Assembly: GCA_964019335.1 (NCBI GenBank) | Contig: OZ025747.1 | Span: forward strand, 1 to 64,000 | Direction: 5' to 3' | Length of the DNA: 64,000 nt | DNA from: Diplonema japonicum | Taxonomy: Eukaryota > Protista > Euglenozoa: Diplonemea | Shown: positions 1 to 9,545 of the stretch, in pieces | Layout of the letters: each line of letters begins with the position of its first letter | Position numbering within the stretch: the stretch's first letter is position 1 | Notes under the pieces: generated by a model | The model's database searches: none | The model's input: only the letters and a program-made list of their open reading frames with translations | What the model was told of the DNA's origin: nothing | Position numbers and translations under genes: made by a program

Positions 1-854
1 GGTTGCGGGTTTGCGGGTTTGCGGGTTTGCGGGTTTGCGGGTTTGCGGGTTTGCGGGTTTGCGGGTTTGCGGGTTTGCGGGTTTGCGGGTTTGCGGGTTT
101 GCGGGTTTGCGGGTTTGCGGGTTTGCGGGTTTGCGGGTTTGCGGGTTTGCGGGTTTGCGGGTTTGCGGGTTTGCGGGTTTGCGGGTTTGCGGGTTTGCGG
201 GTTTGCGGGTTGCGGGGTTTGCGGGTTTGCGGGTTTGCGGGTTTGCGGGTTTGCGGGTTTGCGGGTTTGCGGGTTTGCGGGTTTGCGGGTTTGCGGGTTT
301 GCGGGTTTGCGGGTTTGCGGGTTTGCGGGTTTGCGGGTTTGCGGGTTTGCGGGTTTGCGGGTTTGCGGGTTTGCGGGTTTGCGGTTTGCGGGTTTGCGGG
401 TTTGCGGTTGCGGTTTGCGGGTTTGCGGGTTTGCGGGTTTGCGGGTTTGCGGGTTTGCGGGTTTGCGGGTTTGCGGGGTTTGCGGGTTTGCGGGTTTGCG
501 GGTTTGCGGGTTTGCGGGTTTGCGGGGTTTGCGGGGTTTGCGGGGTTTGCGGGGTTTGCGGGGTTTGCGGGGTTTGCGGGGTTTGCGGGGTTTGCGGGGT
601 TTGCGGGGTTTGCGGGGTTTGCGGGGTTTGCGGGTTTGCGGGTTTGCGGGGTTTGCGGGGTTTGCGGGGTTTGCGGGGTTTGCGGGGTTTGCGGGGTTTG
701 CGGGGTTTGCGGGTTTGCGGGGTTTGCGGGGTTTGCGGGGTTTGCGGGGTTTGCGGGGTTTGCGGGGTTTGCGGGGTTTGCGGGGTTTGCGGGGTTTGCG
801 GGGTTTGCGGGGTTTGCGGGGTTTGCGGGGTTTGCGGGGTTTGCGGGGTTTGCG

Positions 855-856
<2 letters not shown>
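1..856 (+). repeat. Telomere-like tandem array (TTTGCGGG)n, shifting mostly to a (TTTGCGGGG)n 9-mer variant from ~520 to 856
   Basis: Directly visible 8-mer/9-mer periodicity, G-rich on the + strand, ending abruptly at a T43 tract. Telomeric function is not proven and the polarity is unexpected for a left chromosome end. Confidence 0.9.
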
Positions 857-899
<43 letters not shown>

Positions 900-906
<7 letters not shown>

Positions 907-970
907 GGGACTTGAGAAAATAAATAAAAAGGGGGACTTGAGAAAATAAATAAAAAGGGGGACTTGAGAA
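900..970 (+). repeat. About 2.7 tandem copies of the 26-mer AAAAAGGGGGACTTGAGAAAATAAAT next to the putative poly(A) tail
   Basis: Copies at 900-925 and 926-951, partial copy at 952-970. Confidence 0.9.
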
Positions 971-1629
971 TGTTTTTTTTTTTTTTTTCTTCAAAAGACA
1001 CACAAGGCACGATAAATCTTAAGAGAAAATAAAAATATTCCAAAACAGACAATCAAGTCCCAACCTGGGAGGAAGGCATGGGTTTCTCTTTTTCTTTATG
1101 GGAGGGAGAGGGGAAGAAGAAGAAGCAACTCCAAATGATAAAAATTCAAAAATAAAAATCTCAAAAAAGGCTTAAAAGAAGAAGAGGCAAATTCAAAAAC
1201 ATACTAGGGAGGAATGAGTGGGGCAGGGGGTAAAATTTAGGAGGGGGAAAGAGGGAGAATCAAAAAAGGGGAAAGGGGCAGAGTGACCAATGTCCATGCG
1301 AAAAAGCATAGAGCGGGGGAAGAAGAAAATCAAAAACAGGAAAAACACATCACCACAAAAGAAAAAAGAAAAAAAAAAAAAACGTCGACCGAGATGGTTC
1401 CACTTCAAAAAGAAAAAGAAAAAGAAAAACAGAAAAATAAAAAAAAAAAAAAAAAAAAAGGAAAAAAAAAAAAAAAATCTAAGTGGTTCTATCTAGCCTG
1501 GCCGTTGTAGCACCTGTTCCCTATTCTTTTATTTTTCCCTTTTTTTTTTTTCTCAGAAAAAAAAAAAAAAAAGTTTCACATCTTCCTATGGCGGGGGGGG
1601 GGAGAACAGCCCCCCACACCCCCGCTGGC

Positions 1630-3426
1630 CTATCTGGCCAGCGAGCCTTTGGACCTCTTCTTGTGGGGTATGTGCCCCACCCGTGCCCTCCCCGACTCGA
1701 GCTGCAGCCAAGCCACCGCACTGTTCACCGGGGCCCAGTTCTCCTTGTTGCGCACCTTGACCGTGTCCCGCACCAGGTCGTCGCCCCCCAGCTCTTCCAT
1801 CAACCTGTGCTCCGCCAAGAACTTGAACTGGGGCCCGGTCATCCCCTTGAGCCCACCCCTGCATATGTTGGCTTCGACCACGGTGCCATCCGCCCCCGTA
1901 CCCTTCAGATAGATGTAGCCACCCTCCACACAATCCGAGTCAGTACTGGCCGATCGGGCCCGGGCCCGCTTCTTGTCCTTCTTGCTCCACTTCAGCTCTT
2001 CCAGGGTGGGGAGGTCCGTGGCAACCACCTCAGGCCGCCTCTCCCTGTCTTCCTCCTTCTTCCGGGCCAACAGCCCAAGGTACCTCTCAAAGGAGGCGTC
2101 CTCGAACAACCCCGGGACCGTCACCACCGCTGACTGCAGGTCGACCTCTTCAACACCCATCTTCCGCAGATGGTCCTGGACAGTGCGCCTCGTCTCCTTC
2201 TCGCAGGGCCCCCTCCCCTCGTAGACGTCGAGGGTGACCTTCCTTCCATCCCTCACCCACGCCTTCACTTTGATCAGGTCCTTGACCTTTCCCACTGGGG
2301 CCCTTATCCTTGCGTCGCACCTCTCCAAGAACTCACGTAGTGTCACCTTGGTAGCGCCGGCTCCCGCCGCAATGCCCACTACCCCTTCCTTCCCCGGTGT
2401 CGGGTGGTGTCTGCACCCCCGGGTCTGCAACTTGACCACCCTCCATGCCGTTTCCAGAGTCCCCTTGAGCACGCCACCCTTGAAACGAACAGGTTGCACC
2501 GCCGAACACCCACACGCATACGTGATCTGGAAATCCTGGACCGTCCTCGGGAACTCGAACTCGCGGTATGTTTCCGACTTCTGCACCTCACAACCCACAA
2601 TGCGGCTGCGGCGCTCTCCGTCCGACCCACCTTCCAAGCTTGCGAAGTACTGCTTTACCATCATGTATCCAAGTCCAGCGATACCAATCTGGCCAGCCAT
2701 AGCCACCTCCAGTGGAACACCCAACGACTCGGCCTTCGCAAGAAGCATCTCCTCAGCCCTCTCCCTTCCAGGGTCCGTCCCTTCTTCAAGGATGATCTCC
2801 ACCCGGCCCTCGAACTGGATGATGAACTTGAGCAGTCGGTCCCCCGGCCTCGCCCTCAGTGGCACCATCGCTCTCGGAATTGGGATGCCCATCACCACAT
2901 CAATCGGGTCAAGCTGAACGAAGTCTCCCCCTACTTCCACCTGCTGTTCCCTTTCCGGTGCCCCGACTCCCATCAGCTGATCTCCCTCCGGCGTCTGGAT
3001 CCCACCCCTAGGTGTGTCAGGCCCCGACTGGCTGCCTCCGCTCGGTGCGTTCCCGCCCTCTTTGGTCCCTTCGGGGGCGTCATCCGCCTGCGGCTTCAGA
3101 GTCCTCCCACCGCCCTGTCTCTTCGCAGCTTGTTCCCTACAGAATTCGCTCACGGTCATCTTCCTCGTAGCAGTTGTCGCACTCTGGTCCCCCTTGTTCG
3201 AGTCCCTCTGGGCCTCCGTATCCCCCTTAGGACACTGGTCCAAGGTCTGGTTCACCGCAGCGTCAGTCGCCCCTTGTCTCTTCCCATCTTCCTGGGCCTT
3301 CAGGTCAAGCTCCCCTCCCTGCCCAGCCCTCTCGCTGGATCCTGTTCCGGCCATCTCCGTGTCTTCTCCTCCCGGCGAGGCTGCTTCGAGTCCTGCTCCC
3401 GCTTTCCCTTGTGTTCCACCCTCCAC
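1630..3426 (-). CDS. Retroelement downstream ORF (598 aa) of unknown function, probably the frameshifted C-terminal continuation of the RT-RLE protein
   Basis: Long open frame with the same purine-rich composition as the RLE ORF, which it overlaps. Adding one C near 3450 joins the two frames (..KKDLDA-PQQRKAEPVEGG..). Confidence 0.65.
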   Translation of the reverse strand: MEGGTQGKAGAGLEAASPGGEDTEMAGTGSSERAGQGGELDLKAQEDGKRQGATDAAVNQTLDQCPKGDTEAQRDSNKGDQSATTATRKMTVSEFCREQAAKRQGGGRTLKPQADDAPEGTKEGGNAPSGGSQSGPDTPRGGIQTPEGDQLMGVGAPEREQQVEVGGDFVQLDPIDVVMGIPIPRAMVPLRARPGDRLLKFIIQFEGRVEIILEEGTDPGRERAEEMLLAKAESLGVPLEVAMAGQIGIAGLGYMMVKQYFASLEGGSDGERRSRIVGCEVQKSETYREFEFPRTVQDFQITYACGCSAVQPVRFKGGVLKGTLETAWRVVKLQTRGCRHHPTPGKEGVVGIAAGAGATKVTLREFLERCDARIRAPVGKVKDLIKVKAWVRDGRKVTLDVYEGRGPCEKETRRTVQDHLRKMGVEEVDLQSAVVTVPGLFEDASFERYLGLLARKKEEDRERRPEVVATDLPTLEELKWSKKDKKRARARSASTDSDCVEGGYIYLKGTGADGTVVEANICRGGLKGMTGPQFKFLAEHRLMEELGGDDLVRDTVKVRNKENWAPVNSAVAWLQLESGRARVGHIPHKKRSKGSLAR

Positions 3427-4608
3427 CGGTTCCGCCTTTCGCTGCTGCGGGCGTCCAGGTCCTTCTTCGTCTGCTCCAGAAGGGCATCCAGCTGGTGGGC
3501 CACCGTGATTGGGGGTCCGCCTCCCTGTCCCTTCACTTCCCTCCCGGACGACTCCTCAGCTTCGGTGGTTTTTTCATTGCCGAAGGAGTCCTCTGTGAGG
3601 TCAGTGTTGGATTCAGTGTTGGGTTCGTTGTTCGCTTCCTCGTTGTCCTTTTTTTCCTCTTCGCCGTCCGGTACCGGGGGCCCTGGATCCAACTGTACAG
3701 GCCCTTTGACTAACAGCGCCCCTGCTATCGATCTCATCATGGCCGTTGACACCTCTTGGACCACGTCACCTCTTGGAGCCCGCGCAGCTATGCTCCTGGA
3801 CAGTTTCTTCGTGAGGTAGACTGCTGCCTCCCCGAACCCCCCAAAGGTCTCCATCGCGAAAGGTACAAAGGCCACGCGTGTCTTGGCGAGCTCCGCCTCA
3901 TACTTCTGGCGCTTGTAGTGTTCCGCCTTCGCCGCTGCGTATCCCGCAGTCTTCGCCGCCTGGTTGACACAAGACTCGTTCCTCGGGTGCACGATGACCA
4001 CGTCCATAGCCATTGGGCGGGAACCCCCCACCCCACCTGGGAAGAACACGTCCGCCGGGCGCTGGGACGACCCCGGGATCAGCCCCGTCTTCTCCATCGT
4101 TGCGCTCACCCCGGCCCACTGACAGTGTCTGTGGATGGTCTCCTTCACCCGGTCGTGCCTCGCAATCCTGGCGTTGCCGCATCCCTGGGCATGGTCACCC
4201 CATACGTCCATCCCCTCAGTCTTGCACCTCGGGTCGTGGCAGCTCTCACCCTGCTTGTAGACCGGAGCCCCCAACCACCACTTGATCAGAGCCCCAAACT
4301 CGTTGTCCGACAGCTGGTTGTAGAAGTCAGGCGTCGCCGTCAACCACGCTCCCGCATAGTGCATTGACTCCGACATCAACCTCGCTCTCGAGCGTGCATC
4401 TGCTTTCGCCAAGAGGTCCTCCAGCGCCTTCTCATCAAGCACCCTAGAGAGCCACCTCTGGCTGCAGATGTGGGGGGCCTTGGCCACCATGTCGGGTGTA
4501 ATCTGCATGCCGCCCTTCGTCCTGTTGAACCACTCGAGCCAGCTCCCCCATACACCCCCTTCCAGCCCATGTTCGTATTTGGGATCCAGCTCCTTGCACA
4601 GCTTCAGC
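3300..4608 (-). pseudogene. C-terminal part of a CRE-like retrotransposon protein: zinc knuckle plus restriction-like endonuclease; RT core lost by 5' truncation
   Basis: Motifs ARLMS..AGAWLTATP, CHDPRC..DHAQGC (CCHC), RHD, RPADV..MDV, KRQKY, FVPFAMETFGGFG. The ORF-track N-terminus (4609-4673) is only read-through across the repeat and flank. Confidence 0.85.
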
Positions 4609-4639
4609 TGCGGGTTTGCGGGTTTGCGGGTTTGCGGGT
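4609..4639 (+). repeat. Short remnant (~3.8 units) of the TTTGCGGG array at the element's 5' junction
   Basis: TGCGGG-TTTGCGGG-TTTGCGGG-TTTGCGGG-T. Confidence 0.95.
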
Positions 4640-6223
4640 CATTTTTCTTTCCTTTATAACTTACCTTTCTCATTCTTTGTATTTCCCCCCCCCCCCCCCC
4701 CCTGTTTTTACTGTACTTTATTGGCAGGTTGTTTTAAAAAATAACCTAACCCAACAAGACACCCCAATAGAACCAGAAAATCTGTCAGAAAAGACTACCT
4801 GATGGGCATGGCTGGCAATATTAGGGTTGAAAGGTCCCAGGATTGAGGTGAAGAAGGTGCCACCACTGACACACTGCTATTGTTGGCAAGTACTGGAGGT
4901 GAAGGAGATTGCAGCCAAGAAGAAAGACCAACTGCTATTGCTGGGCAAAGAACAAAAAAAGTGAAATAAATTCCAAGAAAAAAAAAAAAAAAAAAGCAAG
5001 TAAGAGGTAAAAGGTTTGAATACATAGGTTAAATGGACTATTAAATTCTTTTTTGATTAAGTAACCACAGCTGGGTACTTTAATTTTCAACCCATTTTGG
5101 CAACACTGGGACTAAAAAGTTTTGATTAGGAGATTTACACTTTCTTTATTAGGTTTAAAAATTAAATAGGTTCAGAAAAAAACTAAAGAATAAATTCAAA
5201 TGTGTGAAATTGTGTGTTTCCTGAAAAGTGAGTTATAAGGTGGTAGAATGATATAAATCTATCTAAATTTTCGGAAGAAAGTTGATTCCTTGAAGAAAAA
5301 AAAATTCGATTAGGTAACCACAGCTGTTAAAAACCTACTTCAAGGAGCATTTTGCTTATCATCACCCAAAATTAGGCCAAAATTCCAAAAATACCATTCT
5401 AAAATGAAGCTTGATTTTGTGATTTTCAGGTGGCCATTTAGACCCTAAGGAAAATTCCTAAAGTGATTTTTGAAAGATTTTTTTCAGTCCAAGTGGGGTC
5501 AAAACTTTCTATTGGCTGTTCAGAATTCCATTTTCAGGACCAAATTGGGTGTTCAAAAAAAATTTTTTTTTTGCCCTCCCAGTGTTGTTATGAGAATGAG
5601 TTGCCCCCCAGAAATTTTTGGATTTTTACTTACTTTTTACTTCAGAATATAGTTTAGAGATGTGTATTCCACCTAAACACCTTTCTGAACTTTTTGGTTT
5701 GCAGAAATGGGTTTATAAGGTGTTTTTAATATAAATTTCATGATTTCTGGCTATTTCCAGAAAAAAAATTTTGGGGTCAAAAATGGCCAAAGTGACCCCA
5801 AGTTTGGGGTCCCCTGGGAAAAAAAAAATTTTTTTTTGGCCAAAAATTTCCAAAAAAGTCTGTTTTGAGGGTGCTATATGAGTGAGGGTCCCTAGAAAAA
5901 AAAAAATTTTTTTTTGCCCCCCTGCCCCCCCAGCCCCCCCACCCCCCCACCCCCCTGGGTTTTTTCCTGTAACAACACTGCTCCACAGCCTGGGAGAAAA
6001 ACTGTTAAAATTTCCCTTGGAAAAAAAAGGGCATGAAAAAAGTCTTGGCATGATTTGGTATGTTAAGATTTCCAAGCCCTGCTCCCTGCTTTCCATGTGG
6101 CAGGCCCCCCAGCCCAAATAAGTACAACCCAAATAAGTGTATTCCAAATAATTCTTTTTTTTTGGAGCCCAAACACCCCCCCTCCACTGCCCAAATAAAG
6201 GGATTATTCAGGGGGCCCCTTTA

Positions 6224-6254
<31 letters not shown>

Positions 6255-6528
6255 CTTTTTTTTTTTTCTTAATTTTACATCAGCACATGGCCCACTTCAG
6301 AACTTTACCCTGGCTATGTTTCTTCATCTCGTGTCACAGGAAGGTATTGGTAGTTATTACTTATTCTTATGTAGTATGGATGGTGATACTCCACTTCTCC
6401 AGGTGCAAATGTTAAAATGAGTGACCCTATCTTTTCTAGATAAAGGTTGAACTAGGATATTCAAAGACGAAGGTATGAAGGGTGATGTCACTATTGAAGT
6501 AGTAGTGACAGTTGGAACTAAGTCAACA

Positions 6529-7046
6529 TTAGAGGGTAGGACCGCTTTGGGATTTTCTTACAGGAATAGGGGACACTGCACTACTTGTTGTCACCACTGG
6601 GTTGGTAGAGGTTGAAGAAGTAGACTGCTTGATGGGTGATGTTGATGTTGCTGTTGTTTTTGGAGGATCTGTAGTGGTCACAGAAGATCTCACTTTTGTT
6701 TGAATTGGGGAGCTTGTGGTAGATAAGAGAGATCTTGGAGGAGTGGTGATGTTGCTGTTGTTTTTGCTTGTGGCTTGCATGCAGGAGTGTGAACTAGACC
6801 AGGTGTAGGCGTAGGTGCATGCGTTGGTGCTGGAGCAGGTGTTGGAGCAGGTGTAGGTGAGGCTGAGAGCAGTGCAGAGCGGGCTAGTGCTTCTGTCAAT
6901 GGTTTAAACTCCTTTTCCTTTTCTGTAGCAAACAATGCTTCTTTTTGTGCTCTTTCTCTTCTTTGCTTCCTCAGCTCCTCTTTCCCTTTTCCAACAGCCT
7001 CCAATGCCTTGATCAATTCCTTCATATTATTTGTATTGGGTAGCAT
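6529..7046 (-). pseudogene. Degenerate Polinton/Maverick-like accessory gene: coiled coil plus FKPLTE motif, then a frameshifted Pro/Ser/Thr-rich tail
   Basis: Head-to-head with the packaging ATPase. The KEFKPLTEAL motif recalls Maverick accessory ORFs (from memory). ORFs 6690-7064 and 6529-6780 overlap out of frame. Confidence 0.4.
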
Positions 7047-7063
7047 CTTCTTTTTAAAAGACA

Positions 7064-7858
7064 ATGGTTACTATTATTAACTATGACAATCAGGTGAAAA
7101 AGACAAAACATCGTAACAGCTCTCTTTTGATGCCACAGTGGCCCTTCAGGATGGTTATGGTTGGTGCGTCAGGAAGTGGGAAGACAAACCTTGTGATGAA
7201 TCTGCTGCTTGGGAAGGACATGCTCACTTATGACAAGCTTTATGTAGTCTCTCCCTCACTTGATCAGGACAAGTATGTTGCACTCATAGAACACTTTGAG
7301 AAGTATGATGACAAGCTTGCAGAAGAGGTTAGGAAGAGATTGAAAAAGAAAGGTATTGAACAAGAACCCGAACTCACACCTACAGCTTACTTTCACGACA
7401 CGATTGATGAATTGGATATAAACACGTTTGACAAGAGCAAGCAGAACCTTGTGGTACTTGATGATATTATGTTAGATAAGAACCAAAGTGAATACATCAA
7501 TCTTTTCTCACGGGGTCAACACTTCAACGTATCTGTAATCTACCTTTCACAAGCATACTTCCGTGTGCCAAAGACCATTCGTGATAATAGTAGTTCTTTT
7601 ATTCTTTTTTCAATGTCCCCTCGTGAATTAAATGAAATCCATAGTCGTCTCTGCACTGATCGTTCAAAGTCAGAGTTTCAAGACATGTTCTTGAAGCTTG
7701 ATCGCTATGAATTCATCTTCATAGATGATCAGTGTGTTCAGCCTGAGATGAGATATCGGAAGGGTTTGGTGAGATCTTGTAGAGAGAGAGAAAGCAAGAG
7801 TTGCAAAAATGCGCACTTTGGGGAAGTGTTGCAGGCAGTCTTTTCACATACGAAGTAA
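7064..7858 (+). CDS. A32-like (FtsK/HerA) DNA packaging ATPase of Polinton/adintovirus/virophage type, probably a relic
   Basis: PFRMVMVGASGSGKT (Walker A), LVVLDD (Walker B), FSRGQHFNVSVIYLSQ, PKTIRDN, and RYRKG near 7750-7768. Sequence after RYRKGL is probably read-through. Confidence 0.85.
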   Translation: MVTIINYDNQVKKTKHRNSSLLMPQWPFRMVMVGASGSGKTNLVMNLLLGKDMLTYDKLYVVSPSLDQDKYVALIEHFEKYDDKLAEEVRKRLKKKGIEQEPELTPTAYFHDTIDELDINTFDKSKQNLVVLDDIMLDKNQSEYINLFSRGQHFNVSVIYLSQAYFRVPKTIRDNSSSFILFSMSPRELNEIHSRLCTDRSKSEFQDMFLKLDRYEFIFIDDQCVQPEMRYRKGLVRSCRERESKSCKNAHFGEVLQAVFSHTK

Positions 7859-9191
7859 ACAAATTTCTCCACATCCATAGCCTTGTGAGTCCGGATATGC
7901 TGGCATCCACCCCAGAGCTTAAGCACGTTTGCAAAGACGTTGACATGACTGTACAGAGTTTGAAAGACTACCGCAAGAACTTTAAGTGTGAAGAGAGTGA
8001 AGCCTTTGTCATACTTGTGGGTCCAAAGGCTGCTGGAAAAACCACTTCGATCAAGCGTGCTTTTGGTGGTTCGAAAGTGTTGTTTTTGGAGACAATGTTG
8101 CAAGATCAAGATGCGACTGCCAACCTCAAAACCACTATCGAAAACGCATTTCGGCCCTACTTTTCTTTTCTGTATAACGAAACGGCAAGGTCTATTCTGA
8201 GATATGCTGACTGGATGTCCCGCTCCAGGATATTTGGGACTGGGGAACCTCTGGTCATATACTGGTCACTGTCCACTAAAAAGGGTGCTGATGAGATGCA
8301 CAGTCTCCAAACGATTGCTGAGGTTGCTGCAACTAGTGCACAACAGCTCTCGTTCGACCATCCTGGTGGGAACATTGCTGTCGTCGTTGAGACCTCAAAC
8401 CCAACGGTATTGATACCTTTTCTTTAACTTCTACTTTTTTTTATCCACAGCTTGGTGTGTTGATCCCGACTGTCCACCAGACGTGCAAAACCCTGTTCCT
8501 TGACCACATGTCCTACACCAACTTTGTGAAGGCCTTTGATGCAGACCCCTTTGCCAAGAATTTCACAGCGAGGCTTGGTGGAAAAGACAAGTATAAGGAC
8601 CACCTGAAGGAGTATTACTCCTGCTTCAGCGGGAACCTCCGTGGGTTGAAGGTAGACTTCCTGGAGCCTTGTATGTCATGCAATGTGAAAACCATAAAAA
8701 TACATTCACAGTGATGGCCGTGAAGGATGCAAAGGATTTCCAGGAGAGGTTTGAAAAGAGTATGGTCAAAAAACAAACAAACGGATAGTGTCAATGTTAC
8801 AGAGGTTGAGCAAAAGAACAACAGTCTCAAACAACGCTTCATGCATGCTGGGTTGACATCTGACCAAGAAGAGCTTTGCTTGGAGATAGCCAAACAGGGG
8901 CCTGTTGGATTGGGGTATATGGATACCGTTGCTGTGCTGGACAGGGTTGATAGCATCAGAGAGAAGAAAGAAGCACTTGGTCTCCTCAGGGTACAGGAGG
9001 AAAACACGATCCGCCTTCACTACATGGTGCATGTGCACTACCTGTTGGGGAGAACCTACGACGAAGAGAAGAAAGAGTGGAAGGACAAGTCACCTGAGGA
9101 GACAATGGCAGCTTTGGAAGAGCATGGCTGGCTACCCAAGACAGTCAAGGCAGGGAGTGTATCTTTTTTATTGAGATTATTGGGTTTGTGA
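7783..9191 (+). CDS. Spliced P-loop NTPase (STAND/Crinkler-RHS-like AAA+); 5' end unclear
   Basis: Walker A VILVGPKAAGKT and a late SGNLRGL motif. Introns 8407-8450, 8671-8711 and 8760-8802 (GTAT..CAG) join three ORF-track pieces in frame. Confidence 0.6.
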
Positions 9192-9204
9192 GCACCCCCC
9201 TGGG

Positions 9205-9545
9205 TTGAAGACAGGTGCTGCCCCCACCTTCCCAGAAGCTCTGCTGTCCGGAAAGTGGGAGGCCCTGTCAGGGAACACAGGGAGGGAGACGCTCCAGCAT
9301 GGGCACCGATGGGAGGGGACGGACGCCGAGGTGCGCCCCACCACCGGCATCCCAGGGGAGGCAAAGGGGTGGGTGAGGGAGGTGGCCGCCGCCGCAGGGC
9401 TCAAGGTGGTCCCCAACCAGGTACTTGTGAATAAGTACAGACCTGGTTGTGGGATTGCCACCCACAAGGACGATGCAAGACTGGGACCGGTCATCCTAGT
9501 CTTGTTGTACGGGGCCGAGACCACAATGGTCATGAGGAAGGGGTC
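9205..9545 (+). pseudogene. Truncated AlkB-like 2OG-Fe(II) dioxygenase fragment
   Basis: PNQVLVNKYRPGCGIATHKD..GPVILVLLYG matches the N-x-Y / H-x-D core. The distal His and R-x5-R motifs are missing, and GC content drops after ~9545. Confidence 0.7.

Larger units (their letters stand above)
857..4608 (-). mobile_element. 5'-truncated non-LTR retrotransposon of the CRE/SLACS-like RLE group, inserted in the TTTGCGGG array
   Basis: T43 at 857-899 would be the poly(A) tail on the minus strand. The minus-strand ORF has post-RT, zinc-knuckle and RLE motifs. The repeat flanks both ends (1-856 and 4609-4639). Confidence 0.85.

Noticed and set aside
3-923. Three ~300-aa ORFs (RVCGFAGL repeats)
   Set aside because: They are translations of a stop-free tandem repeat.
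1-970. CRISPR-like array
   Set aside because: The repeats are head-to-tail with no unique spacers, there are no cas genes, and the context is eukaryotic.
2404-3819. 471-aa plus-strand ORF
   Set aside because: It is the antisense shadow of the GC-rich retroelement ORFs and has no motifs.
849-4639. Defined target-site duplication for the RLE element
   Set aside because: It cannot be measured because both flanks are the same periodic repeat.
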